Shown here piece after piece: positions 8,456 to 16,697 of a stretch of 42,362 nt of DNA. Location: positions 1-42,362 of the IMG/VR virus record IMGVR_UViG_3300006169_000159; one strand, written 5' to 3'. The first letter of the stretch is position 1, and each line of letters opens with the position of its first letter. Both the position numbers and the translations under genes were made by a program. This DNA comes from a virus (Duplodnaviria > Caudoviricetes). The notes under the pieces were generated by a model that saw nothing but the letters and a program-made list of their open reading frames with translations, did not search any database and was not told the DNA's origin.

Positions 8456-9391
8456 TTACAGACTGGCTTGCTGGGCCTTGGCCCTTTCGACTTCTCCTTC
8501 CATGCTCCGTACGAACAGCGCCATCTCGCCATCCTTCAGGGCGCTGAAGTCCACCGCTCCGCCTTCGAGGAGCGGGAGTTCCTTGGCGAACGTCCGCTGC
8601 GCGTAGGCCAGCGTGTTCGCGTTGATCGTGGCTTCGTCCAAGTTGTGCAACTGGCCGAGCGTCCCCATGGCCACTCGAAGACGGGAGTCGAGGTCACTGC
8701 GCGGAACGGCAGGCTGGCGCTGCTGTGGCTGCTGACCACGACGACCCTCCGCCCGACGTCCTTCGCTGACCATCTGCATCTCGTCGAACGATGCAACGCC
8801 GGAGCCGGGGATCACGCCGAACCCCCATGCGGCGATCGAGCGTCCGCGAGCCGACGTCTCCACCTTCTCGAAGCGGTTCGACGAGACGGCTCCTGCGCCG
8901 CCTTGGTTCGGCACCCATGCCATGCCGGGCTTGCGGCCCAGTTCGATCACCTGCGGCTCAGTGAGCGTTCCCATGATCTTCTGGATGTGGCAGTGCTCGC
9001 GGTACACGAGCCGGTCGCCGTACTCGACAAAGCCCTGCTTCTCGCCGAACTCCTCTGGCTCGAACGAGACGATCCAGTCGTTCAGGATCGCCGCCTGCGT
9101 GATCATGGCGATGCGTCCAGCGACCGTGAAGTACAGGTTCCAGACTTGGTGGTACTCCTTCACGCCCTGCCGCAGTGACAAGTCCTTCTTCTGCGACAAC
9201 GGCTGGACGTACTCGATGAAGTCGACCTGCTTGATCCCCCAGACGTCCGGCAGGCTGCTCAACAGCCGGGTGACGTCTTCGATCGTCGGTGGGGTGTCGA
9301 TGAACTCCCACGAACTGATCGGCTTACCAGAGACGATCTCCTCGTTCTCGTCGTCAGAGGTCGCCTGATTCTTCTGTTCTGCTGCTGCCAT
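8456..9391 (-). CDS. putative Rad52/Sak-like single-strand annealing protein
   Basis: YFTVAGRI..EKVETSARGRSIAAWGFG..VASFDEM motif; close to ssb and the exonuclease. Confidence 0.65.
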   Translation of the reverse strand: MAAAEQKNQATSDDENEEIVSGKPISSWEFIDTPPTIEDVTRLLSSLPDVWGIKQVDFIEYVQPLSQKKDLSLRQGVKEYHQVWNLYFTVAGRIAMITQAAILNDWIVSFEPEEFGEKQGFVEYGDRLVYREHCHIQKIMGTLTEPQVIELGRKPGMAWVPNQGGAGAVSSNRFEKVETSARGRSIAAWGFGVIPGSGVASFDEMQMVSEGRRAEGRRGQQPQQRQPAVPRSDLDSRLRVAMGTLGQLHNLDEATINANTLAYAQRTFAKELPLLEGGAVDFSALKDGEMALFVRSMEGEVERAKAQQASL

Positions 9392-9419
9392 CCCGCTCCT
9401 TGTGGTCGAGTCAAGTCTT

Positions 9420-9644
9420 TCAGTCGGTTGTGACAGACGGAGCCCTCGCCCCCTTGACGTCGATCCCCTTGCGGATGAGGTCTTCGACGATCTGACGGAC
9501 TCGTTGACGACTGATGCCCAACTTCTCGGCAGCATCCAGTTGCGACAGATTCTCGTCGTTGATCGCCGCCAGAACCTCGCGCTGTCGACGTGTCAGACCG
9601 GTCGCGTCCTTGTCGTGCGTGTACAAGCCCTGTGCCTGCGCCAT
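9420..9644 (-). CDS. HTH DNA-binding protein (sigma70 region 4/LuxR-like)
   Basis: LTRRQREVL..LSQLDAAEKLGISRQRVRQI. Confidence 0.85.
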   Translation of the reverse strand: MAQAQGLYTHDKDATGLTRRQREVLAAINDENLSQLDAAEKLGISRQRVRQIVEDLIRKGIDVKGARAPSVTTD

Positions 9645-9694
9645 CGTGCTCCTTCAGTTCTTGCATCCACTCCTCTGTGGAGAGGTTGTAGTTA

Positions 9695-9727
9695 ATGGTC
9701 CCACGAGCCGTCTCATGGGTCAAGGGT
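9695..9727 (-). promoter_or_regulatory. candidate promoter
   Basis: minus strand ACCC-TTGACC-N17-GACCAT followed by TAACTAC, which also follows the 1.5-kb promoter. Confidence 0.5.
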
Positions 9728-9735
9728 TTTCGGAT

Positions 9736-10125
9736 TCACTCCTCGCCACTGTGACCGGGGCAGATGCAGTACGGCTTGATCTCCGGACTGTCGTGCTGCT
9801 GGTACATCGCCTCATGCATCGCGTTGGCCGTGTCCTTCAGCCACTCCATGAGGCAGTACTCGTCGTCGTGGTCGTCGTCGTGGTCGTGCGAGCGGTGGTG
9901 CTCGAACCACTCCCGCACGCTCATGAACATGAACGATCCGCCGAGCACGTACGCGTGCATCTGGTCGATGTCGGTCAGGTCGATGCCGGTGTCCCGGCAC
10001 ATCCGCTTGATGTCCTCGACCGCCTGATCCATGTGGGCGAGGTCAGCGGGATCAGCCAAGACCTCAGCCCGATGCGCCTTCCACGACCCGATGTTCTTCA
10101 AGATCTCCGGCTTCAACTCCGTCAT
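9736..10125 (-). CDS. hypothetical His/Asp-rich protein
   Basis: HHRSHDHDDDHDDE tract; C-terminal CICPGH. Confidence 0.7.
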   Translation of the reverse strand: MTELKPEILKNIGSWKAHRAEVLADPADLAHMDQAVEDIKRMCRDTGIDLTDIDQMHAYVLGGSFMFMSVREWFEHHRSHDHDDDHDDEYCLMEWLKDTANAMHEAMYQQHDSPEIKPYCICPGHSGEE

Positions 10126-10351
10126 GACTGTCCTTCCAACACGGGTGCAATGCGTGCGCATGCACTGGTTTCGCCGTCCACTCGCGGGTTGCGAGGTCGG
10201 TCTCGATGTACCACCGGATGTCCAAGTCCAGCAGTACCTCGATCGTGCGACCACCGGGCGTCGTGGCGATGGCAACTTTCTTGCCACATTTGCCACAGAC
10301 TCGGTAGCGATCCTCCTCCGGGGCGTCAGCGCGACGCGACCTCTTAGCCAT
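10064..10351 (-). CDS. hypothetical zinc-binding protein
   Basis: CGKC..H..C. Confidence 0.6.
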   Translation of the reverse strand: MAKRSRRADAPEEDRYRVCGKCGKKVAIATTPGGRTIEVLLDLDIRWYIETDLATREWTAKPVHAHALHPCWKDSHDGVEAGDLEEHRVVEGASG

Positions 10352-11117
10352 CGTGTCGTCCCGGAAGACCCCAGATGCTCATGAGGCGGTTCGTACCACC
10401 TCGCTTCTCCCCCACCTTGACGATCTTGCCGACGTCGACCATCTCCTTGCGCCGCGTGCGAGCACCGGACTGACTGATCTTGTAACCGTTCGCAGCAAGC
10501 CCGAGGAAGATCTCCTCGTCAGTCTTCGGTCCGAACTCCAACAGCGCGATGATCCGGCTGTGCGTGTCCGACTGGTTGCGGACGCTCTTTGCAGCAGCAT
10601 GCGACGTGCCGGGATCAGTGGTCCGAGCCACCGGCTCCGGAGGCCACTTCGCTACAACCGGATCAGACTGGCTCCGCAGACTCAGGTCGGTCCAGAGCGT
10701 CTGCTGGCCGGGGATCTGTTCCGGCTTGGGCTCCTTGGTCTCCGGGTGACGCTCATTGGCCCAGACGCTCGTCCACGGGTACTTCGCCACCATGGCGTCG
10801 TACTTCTCCGCCGTCCATCCGATCGTGTCGACGGCGAACGCCTCGTCGTTCAGGATGTTCGTGTCGTCATGATACGTAATCCCCTCCGCAGCAGTCTCCT
10901 CGACGTACTTCGCGGGCAGTCGCCACCACTCGTCGCGCCAAATAGGATCCATGACACGGTCGTCCACCCATGTCCAGTACGCCCCCCGGCAGTCGTTGAT
11001 CCACGACGCGATGCTCACCTTCCCCGTGGCCATGATGTACACCGAGTACGTGACCTCGAACCCATCCGGCACCTTCGGATCGAATCGGTACGGGTCTTCG
11101 ATCAGGTCACTGCTCAT
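10344..11117 (-). CDS. protein with C-terminal winged-helix DNA-binding domain
   Basis: ARTTDPGTSHAAA..TDEEI..SGARTRRKEMVDVGKI. Confidence 0.7.
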   Translation of the reverse strand: MSSDLIEDPYRFDPKVPDGFEVTYSVYIMATGKVSIASWINDCRGAYWTWVDDRVMDPIWRDEWWRLPAKYVEETAAEGITYHDDTNILNDEAFAVDTIGWTAEKYDAMVAKYPWTSVWANERHPETKEPKPEQIPGQQTLWTDLSLRSQSDPVVAKWPPEPVARTTDPGTSHAAAKSVRNQSDTHSRIIALLEFGPKTDEEIFLGLAANGYKISQSGARTRRKEMVDVGKIVKVGEKRGGTNRLMSIWGLPGRHDG

Positions 11118-11511
11118 CTGCCTCTGCCTTTCGTAGTGCGTCGATCAGCGCTTCGTTGCGGACTGCATAGAAGCGGGTGGTGTGACAGACAGTGCCGTCG
11201 CCCAGGTGCTGCCAGATCAAGCGTCCGGTATCGGACTTCGTATCGTCGATCGCCAAGTCGTGCTCTTGGCACCGAACTTCGACATACTCCTTCAGCGAGT
11301 CCATGATCCCAAGATGCTCATCGGTTGCCGAGATCGCCACTGCACCACCGCCGAAGCGTACGTCGTAGTCGAGATGCAGTCGGAACGCCCGCTCCGAGTA
11401 CTTGATGCCGACATAGCCACCGCGCTCGGAGTCCCAAACCCCGAACCTGAAGTGGTCGCTCTTCACTGCGTAGATCCGCCCGTGTTCGAGTTGGCGAACC
11501 TCAATCGGCAC
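11107..11511 (-). CDS. hypothetical protein
   Basis: GTG at 11511 preceded by GGAGG. Confidence 0.65.
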   Translation of the reverse strand: MPIEVRQLEHGRIYAVKSDHFRFGVWDSERGGYVGIKYSERAFRLHLDYDVRFGGGAVAISATDEHLGIMDSLKEYVEVRCQEHDLAIDDTKSDTGRLIWQHLGDGTVCHTTRFYAVRNEALIDALRKAEADEQ

Positions 11512-11875
11512 GAAGTGCCTCCATGGCCTGAGAGATCGCCCGTGTGACGCAGTACGCGTCACCACCGTGGACATCCTGCTGCGACCTGTCGCGAGGCCCC
11601 CACTTCGAGACGACGTACCCCATGTCGAGACCGGCCATGTCGCACAGGTACACCGTTCCCCACGGGTGCAGAACGCTGACCACCGCCCGCCCTCCCAATG
11701 CCATGCCCTCCGGTACCAACGTCGCCACGATGGTGTACCGCGTCATCGTGTCAGCCGAAGCATTGACGATGGCGACGTCCCCGGCATTGCTCGTCGACAC
11801 CGTCGAGCGGTACGTACGCTCCGCCGATTGGGCGTTGTCCTCCCACTGCGGACTGCCCCAGTACCCGTCGTTCAT
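11501..11875 (-). CDS. hypothetical protein
   Basis: ATGA coupling; GGAGG RBS. Confidence 0.7.
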   Translation of the reverse strand: MNDGYWGSPQWEDNAQSAERTYRSTVSTSNAGDVAIVNASADTMTRYTIVATLVPEGMALGGRAVVSVLHPWGTVYLCDMAGLDMGYVVSKWGPRDRSQQDVHGGDAYCVTRAISQAMEALRAD

Positions 11876-12051
11876 CGTGACCCTCCTGTCATCGCCTTGG
11901 CGTGGTCGGTGCCAGCCGACTCGGCTTTACCGGGGCTGCCGAACTTACGAGACGAGTACTTGCCGCATGAGCACACCGCCCGGTAGATGTCCTGCATCGA
12001 GAAGCCTCGGCTGTGCTGGACCGTGATCTCGTGCTTGACCTCAGTCGCCAT
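11872..12051 (-). CDS. small zinc-finger-like protein
   Basis: H..YRAVCSCG..H. Confidence 0.6.
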   Translation of the reverse strand: MATEVKHEITVQHSRGFSMQDIYRAVCSCGKYSSRKFGSPGKAESAGTDHAKAMTGGSR

Positions 12052-12580
12052 ACTTCTCCACCATCTCCTCACTGATGGCGTTGGCGTGCTCCACCACCGC
12101 CCCCTCACTGATGATCGACGCTCCGCACTTGCACTTGTCGCCATACTTGCCCTTCACGATGCCGTGACCGTCGAGCGAGTTGAGATACCAGCGCGACCAT
12201 GCGGGTCGATTCTTCTCGACATCCTCGATGGGAACGACGTCGTCGAACCAGAGGGATGCGAGGTACGCGACACCGGCCACCTTGTGCTCGTGCTTCGGTT
12301 CGAACGAGCCCTGAATGGCCTTCAGATGGTTCGAGGCGACGAACGGGCTTACGTCATCACGGGGTGTGAGACGAGCAAAGGCGAACCCCTTGGCGAACCA
12401 TTCGGACTGGAAGTCGAGCCACTTCGCGGCTCCGTCCCCACCCCGTCGCCAGTTGCGGTTCCGGAACTCCTCCGGGATGTCCTCGTAGTCCGGCATGCGT
12501 GAGACACCGTGCGCCGGGAACGCGAGTTCAACGGCGTCGGCATCCGTGGGCTGTGACCAATCGGTCTGGATCTTCTCCAT
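12041..12580 (-). CDS. conserved phage hypothetical protein
   Basis: MPDYEDIPEEF..WF..GSFEPKHEHKVAGVAYLASLWF; TGATG coupling. Confidence 0.75.
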   Translation of the reverse strand: MEKIQTDWSQPTDADAVELAFPAHGVSRMPDYEDIPEEFRNRNWRRGGDGAAKWLDFQSEWFAKGFAFARLTPRDDVSPFVASNHLKAIQGSFEPKHEHKVAGVAYLASLWFDDVVPIEDVEKNRPAWSRWYLNSLDGHGIVKGKYGDKCKCGASIISEGAVVEHANAISEEMVEKYGD

Positions 12581-12831
12581 CAACCCCTCCCGTATGCCAT
12601 GAAGCGCTCGAAAGTGGCAGGCATCATGAACTCCGCCTCGACGCCTTCGAGCGTGCCGTCGCGGGTCTCCGTGCGCAGCCTGTCCATGAGCATCGACCAT
12701 GCTTCTTCCCACTGCTCTTCGAGGACTTGCTCCGTGAGGATGCGGAAGACGCCCATCGGAAGGAGGTTCGGGTCGTCGACACAGACTTCCGTGAACAACC
12801 TCGGTGTGAGCGTCACGACTTGCCTCGACAT
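12580..12831 (-). CDS. hypothetical protein (83 aa)
   Basis: coupled ORF. Confidence 0.6.
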   Translation of the reverse strand: MSRQVVTLTPRLFTEVCVDDPNLLPMGVFRILTEQVLEEQWEEAWSMLMDRLRTETRDGTLEGVEAEFMMPATFERFMAYGRG

Positions 12832-13175
12832 GCCGTCTTGGCGGCGTTGTACTTCGGTGCGAGGTCGGTGATCTGACCGTTCACCCTCTCCATGCCCTCG
12901 GTCTGCGCGTCGAGCGCGTCGAAGTCCAGAGTGCTGACGGATGTGAACGCCTCGCTGGCGATGTTGAGCGCCTCCGTGGCGTAGCCGAACCCCTTGTCGG
13001 CCAGATCGAGGGCTTCCAGACAGACATCCGGAGTCTTCTCGACCTCCTTCTCGACCGTGTTCGTGACCGTCTTGGTCGGGCCGGGGACCGTCTTGGTCTC
13101 CGGGGCCTCGTTGGAGCCTCCGCACGCCACGAGGACGAACGGGAGGACAACGAGAACTGCCAGTGGCGTTCTCAT
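12813..13175 (-). CDS. lipoprotein
   Basis: signal peptide with lipobox LVAC, Thr/Pro linker, helical domain with two Cys. Confidence 0.8.
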   Translation of the reverse strand: MRTPLAVLVVLPFVLVACGGSNEAPETKTVPGPTKTVTNTVEKEVEKTPDVCLEALDLADKGFGYATEALNIASEAFTSVSTLDFDALDAQTEGMERVNGQITDLAPKYNAAKTACRGKS

Positions 13176-13201
13176 GCTGCTGCCTTTCTATGGGCGGTTT
13201 G

Positions 13202-13247
13202 GGTGATGAGTAAAGAGTGACTCTCATCGTCTACATGTCAAGGGTTC
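13202..13247 (-). promoter_or_regulatory. repeated promoter/operator element, copy 1
   Basis: TTGACA-N16-CACTCT overlapped by the GATGAG-N12-CTCATC palindrome; 40/46 identical to 15788-15833. Confidence 0.75.
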
Positions 13248-13624
13248 TCCGAAGTATCGTCACTGGTTTCTAGCAGGCGCGTGAGGTCTTCGTCAGACAG
13301 ATGCAACATCTCCTGAACCGCCTTGACCGTATCGACGTGACCCTGCATGGCTTCCTGCTCGGTCGAGTAGCGGTCCGTGAACCCCCCGAGATCCAACGAT
13401 GGACTGTCCGACGACTCGTCGAACACCATGGTTTCAAAGATCAGCGGCCCTTGCCTCAGCCCGAAGGCGTGGTCGAGTCCCAACCAGACCGTGCTGATCA
13501 GCAAGTCCCCCAACTTCGTCCGCGCCACCTGTAGGTACGACAGGTCACGGCGCAACTCGCCCCATCGGTACAGCGAGATCGGATTCCCGAGCCGGTCGTA
13601 GATCTCCGGCTCCTCAAAGTTCAT
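13238..13624 (-). CDS. conserved phage hypothetical protein
   Basis: ISTVWLGLDH..PLIFETMVF..RYSTEQEAMQGH motif. Confidence 0.75.
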   Translation of the reverse strand: MNFEEPEIYDRLGNPISLYRWGELRRDLSYLQVARTKLGDLLISTVWLGLDHAFGLRQGPLIFETMVFDESSDSPSLDLGGFTDRYSTEQEAMQGHVDTVKAVQEMLHLSDEDLTRLLETSDDTSENP

Positions 13625-13946
13625 CGTCGACTTCCCACCAGTGGAACGTCGTCGAGTGGATGTTGACGTACGGTGCACCCTCGGGAGGCAGGTAGGACGC
13701 CATCTTCTTTCCCGGAGCGAACCGCCAGACGGCTTCCTTCTGCTCGTCCCATGTCGGATAGCGACCGGGTTCCAAGTCATCCGTCCGGTGGCTGATCGAC
13801 ACATGCGTCCTCCACTTGCCGTCGATCTGTTCGACCGTGCGCAGGACTGTCAAATGGCCGTCATCCAAATCCTTCTGCCAAGCGCGAGCATTTCCGAACA
13901 TGCGGACGAGCATCGTGGGTGGCTTCTTGCGGACCCACTCACTCAT
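13614..13946 (-). CDS. conserved phage hypothetical protein
   Basis: HVSISH..RYPTWDE..YVNIH..FHWW motif. Confidence 0.75.
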   Translation of the reverse strand: MSEWVRKKPPTMLVRMFGNARAWQKDLDDGHLTVLRTVEQIDGKWRTHVSISHRTDDLEPGRYPTWDEQKEAVWRFAPGKKMASYLPPEGAPYVNIHSTTFHWWEVDDEL

Positions 13947-14316
13947 GGCTCATCCATGCCCGAACGTGGTCGAGGACCGCTTGGTAGGCGTTGCGCCACA
14001 TCTCGACGCGGGCCTCATTGATGCCGTCGAACACCATTCCCTCGCCGTCGTCATCCAACTTCTCCCTGAGGATGACGATCGTCCCGACGATCGGGTGTCC
14101 ATGATCCGCCGTGCGGTAGAACAGTGACCCCAGCGGGTTCAGCATAGGATCGTGGAGCAGCCCTTCTTCATTCACGACGAGCACATGGCTGGCTTCGAGC
14201 ATCGGCACCCGTACTACCTCGATGTCTCCCCCAACCAGTTGCTGCAAGTCAGTCAGCGTGTCGTCGACGTCAACGATCTCGACGTCTCCGTCAACCGGTA
14301 CTCGAAGAGCCTTCAT
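13939..14316 (-). CDS. DUF3846-like protein
   Basis: LQQLVGGDIEVV..VNEEGLL..N..IVGTIVI. Confidence 0.8.
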   Translation of the reverse strand: MKALRVPVDGDVEIVDVDDTLTDLQQLVGGDIEVVRVPMLEASHVLVVNEEGLLHDPMLNPLGSLFYRTADHGHPIVGTIVILREKLDDDGEGMVFDGINEARVEMWRNAYQAVLDHVRAWMSHE

Positions 14317-14674
14317 CTTCCTCCCTCTCCACTTGGTCAAGCACGAGTCCAGCCGGAAGCGCTCCCCAGACCTTCTCTATCTCCAACGGGTTCCACGGGT
14401 CATGCCACGTCGTCTCGAACACCACGTTCGTGATGTCGACATATGCGTGATTCACTCCGACGCAGGACCATCGCGTGTACGGCTCCTTCGTCGGGTCGAA
14501 GAAATCCAAGATGACAGACCACGCCACCTTCGTGCGGTCTTCGTCGATCATGTCCCCGATCGCAATGTGGATCGACTGGTACTTCAACACGCGCTCCCGG
14601 AGGACCCGAGCGGCCTCTGAGCCGAACCCCGGATCCTCCGGTCGCACGCGCCGGTACGGCTTGCGCTGGCTCAT
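14291..14674 (-). CDS. hypothetical protein
   Basis: ATGA coupling. Confidence 0.65.
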   Translation of the reverse strand: MSQRKPYRRVRPEDPGFGSEAARVLRERVLKYQSIHIAIGDMIDEDRTKVAWSVILDFFDPTKEPYTRWSCVGVNHAYVDITNVVFETTWHDPWNPLEIEKVWGALPAGLVLDQVEREEDEGSSSTG

Positions 14675-15003
14675 ACCTGAGCGGGCTCCTTGACTCGCTT
14701 GGCGACCTCCCGCCGCCACAGTGCGTTCAGGCGGACGTACTCGTCTCCGATGAACTCGGGCGGCTGGCCGGGAGTCCAGTTGACGAAGAACCCGTTCTCC
14801 TCCGCCGTCTCGTCATTGATGCCGAGGGCTTCAGTCGCAACGTCATACCCCGTGGCATTGGCGTCACCGGGGAACAGTTGCCCGAGGATGCAGTGGTCTC
14901 CGTCCTCCATGGCTAGAGCGTCGGTGTCGATCTCCTCGGCCCAGCGGGGACGCTCCTCATCGAGCAATGCGGCACCGCGAGCGACCTTCACCTCCGTCGT
15001 CAT
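14671..15003 (-). CDS. tandem paralog 3 (CxLGQ family)
   Basis: VARGAALLD..W..ID..L..CILGQLF..GF..Y..L..WR. Confidence 0.75.
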   Translation of the reverse strand: MTTEVKVARGAALLDEERPRWAEEIDTDALAMEDGDHCILGQLFPGDANATGYDVATEALGINDETAEENGFFVNWTPGQPPEFIGDEYVRLNALWRREVAKRVKEPAQV

Positions 15004-15407
15004 GACCCGTCTCCCGCGCTCGCGTTGTAGTACTCCTGCCGCTTGTCGCGGGCCGGAATTCGCTCGGGGAAGTTGCGCTCGTCGTCCCTGATGCGTCGTG
15101 TGACGATCTCCTGCCGCCACGCCATCGTGAGACGTTCCCACGTCGCTCCGCGCATCTTGTCGAGCCGCGAGATGTAGAACCCCATGCGGTCGACATCCCG
15201 ACCTTCCAGTCCAAGGTGCAGTCTTCCGAACGACCAGCCTCCGAAGAACGGCGTGGCTACGTCGGCATACAACTGGCCGAGGATGCACTGCCTTCCCGTG
15301 CTCAGGTCGAGCGTGCCAAGGTCGACGTGCCGATGCCAGCCGAGCATCTTTCCGTCGAGGAACTTCGCGCCCTTGGCGACCCGGGCCTCGATAAATGCTG
15401 TCCTCAT
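15000..15407 (-). CDS. tandem paralog 2 (CxLGQ family)
   Basis: VAKGAKFLD..W..VD..L..CILGQLY..GF..W..L..WR; GGAGG RBS. Confidence 0.75.
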   Translation of the reverse strand: MRTAFIEARVAKGAKFLDGKMLGWHRHVDLGTLDLSTGRQCILGQLYADVATPFFGGWSFGRLHLGLEGRDVDRMGFYISRLDKMRGATWERLTMAWRQEIVTRRIRDDERNFPERIPARDKRQEYYNASAGDGS

Positions 15408-15418
15408 GGTTCCTCCGC

Positions 15419-15748
15419 TCAGGCCACGAGGACGTAGTCGGCGCGGCGCTCCTTGGGCTGCGCAGCGGCTCGACGAGCGAGGATCGACTCCCGCCAGAGC
15501 CGGTCGAGGATCGTGTAGTCGTTCCCCTCCAAGGCGGCGAAGCCGTACCCGATCGAGGAGAACACGTTGATGCCGAGCATGACGAGGCCGATCGTGTACC
15601 TGCCGAACACCTGACCGAGGACGCAGTGCTGGCCATCCTCGATCGACAGGTGGTCGAGATCGACCTGCCACTCCCAGCCGGGGCGGTTCATGTCGAGCCG
15701 CTCCATGCCCCTGTCGACACACCTCTGAAGTTGCGCTTCCGTACTCAC
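15419..15748 (-). CDS. tandem paralog 1 (CxLGQ family)
   Basis: VDRGMERLD..W..VD..L..CVLGQVF..GF..Y..L..WR. Confidence 0.75.
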   Translation of the reverse strand: MSTEAQLQRCVDRGMERLDMNRPGWEWQVDLDHLSIEDGQHCVLGQVFGRYTIGLVMLGINVFSSIGYGFAALEGNDYTILDRLWRESILARRAAAQPKERRADYVLVA

Positions 15749-15787
15749 TGCTGCCTGCCTCTCCAACCGGGGCTCTCCCAGTTTTTT

Positions 15788-15833
15788 GGTGATGAGTTGA
15801 GTGTGACTCTCATCGTCTGACTGTCAAGGGTTC
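15788..15833 (-). promoter_or_regulatory. repeated promoter/operator element, copy 2
   Basis: TTGACA-N16-CACACT with the GATGAG-N12-CTCATC palindrome. Confidence 0.75.
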
Positions 15834-15859
15834 ATGGCATGGATCTACATAGTCACCTC

Positions 15860-15875
15860 CGTTTCACGTGGAACC
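15860..15875. other. chromosome-type parS-like palindrome
   Basis: GTTTCACGTGGAAC vs actinobacterial consensus GTTTCACGTGAAAC (13/14); intergenic. Confidence 0.6.
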
Positions 15876-15915
15876 TGTTCTAGCCTCATGCGACGTAGCC
15901 GCGACAGTTTTTCTG

Positions 15916-16479
15916 TCAGTCGGCGGAGTTGGGTATGGCAGATGAAAGAGGGTCCGACGCCAGCAGCACTCCGCTCGCCAGCAACTCGCGGATCAACGGC
16001 ACGTCGTCACTGTGCAGCCTGCCGTGCTCGACCTCCCAGCGCAGTCGAGCAAGGATCGCCGTCTCCTCGCGCTCGAACAGCCCGAGGTAGACGTACACAC
16101 CATCCAGCGACGCCTGCGCCTTCCACTTGCCCCGCGACTCGTCGAACGTGACGCCGACCTTGCGGCTGTAGTGCTCTTCGCGCTCATGGTTGCGCTCGTT
16201 CTCCCAGCGAGTGGCCTTGCGGAGGTTCTCGCGCTGGTTGTTCAGTCGATCCCGGTCCACGTGGTCGACCTCCATCTCGTCACCGTGGGCGATCTGCATC
16301 AGGTCGCGGTGCATCGAGATGGACGTCTTGGAGCCGTCAGGCCGGTACATCGTGCGAACGACGTACCCGTCGGACATGTACCAGCGGAACTGCTTGGCAT
16401 GCGCATAGTCCTCGTCGGACACCTTGGCCCAAGCGATGATCTGGTTGCCGCCACCACCCCAGACCGGGACCGGCTTCAT
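15916..16479 (-). CDS. HNH-AP2 homing endonuclease
   Basis: SMHRDL..VDHVDRDRLNNQRENLR; GVTFD..KWKAQ..YLGLF AP2 domain. Confidence 0.9.
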   Translation of the reverse strand: MKPVPVWGGGGNQIIAWAKVSDEDYAHAKQFRWYMSDGYVVRTMYRPDGSKTSISMHRDLMQIAHGDEMEVDHVDRDRLNNQRENLRKATRWENERNHEREEHYSRKVGVTFDESRGKWKAQASLDGVYVYLGLFEREETAILARLRWEVEHGRLHSDDVPLIRELLASGVLLASDPLSSAIPNSAD

Positions 16480-16697
16480 CAGACTTCGTAGCCCTCAGAC
16501 ACGACGATCGCGTCCTTCTCGTCCTCGGTGTCGCATTCGAAGGACGCGATGATCACCCAATCACGACCTCCAGTGTGGGTGACCTGCTCGACGTTCCAGC
16601 CTGCACCGAAGCCGTTGAGGTACACGCCCAACTTGTCGGTAGTGCATCGGACGATGCTGAATGCGGTCGTCTCGGCGGGGAAGTGCAGTCCAAACAT
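16479..16697 (-). CDS. hypothetical protein
   Basis: GGAGG RBS; TGATG coupling to the HNH-AP2 gene. Confidence 0.65.
   Translation of the reverse strand: MFGLHFPAETTAFSIVRCTTDKLGVYLNGFGAGWNVEQVTHTGGRDWVIIASFECDTEDEKDAIVVSEGYEV

Noticed and set aside
7037-10125. Unusually long 60-70-nt gene overlaps (7037-7104, 10064-10125)
   Set aside because: Expected in high-GC DNA, where the shifted frame has few stops; no shared alternative stop codon evident
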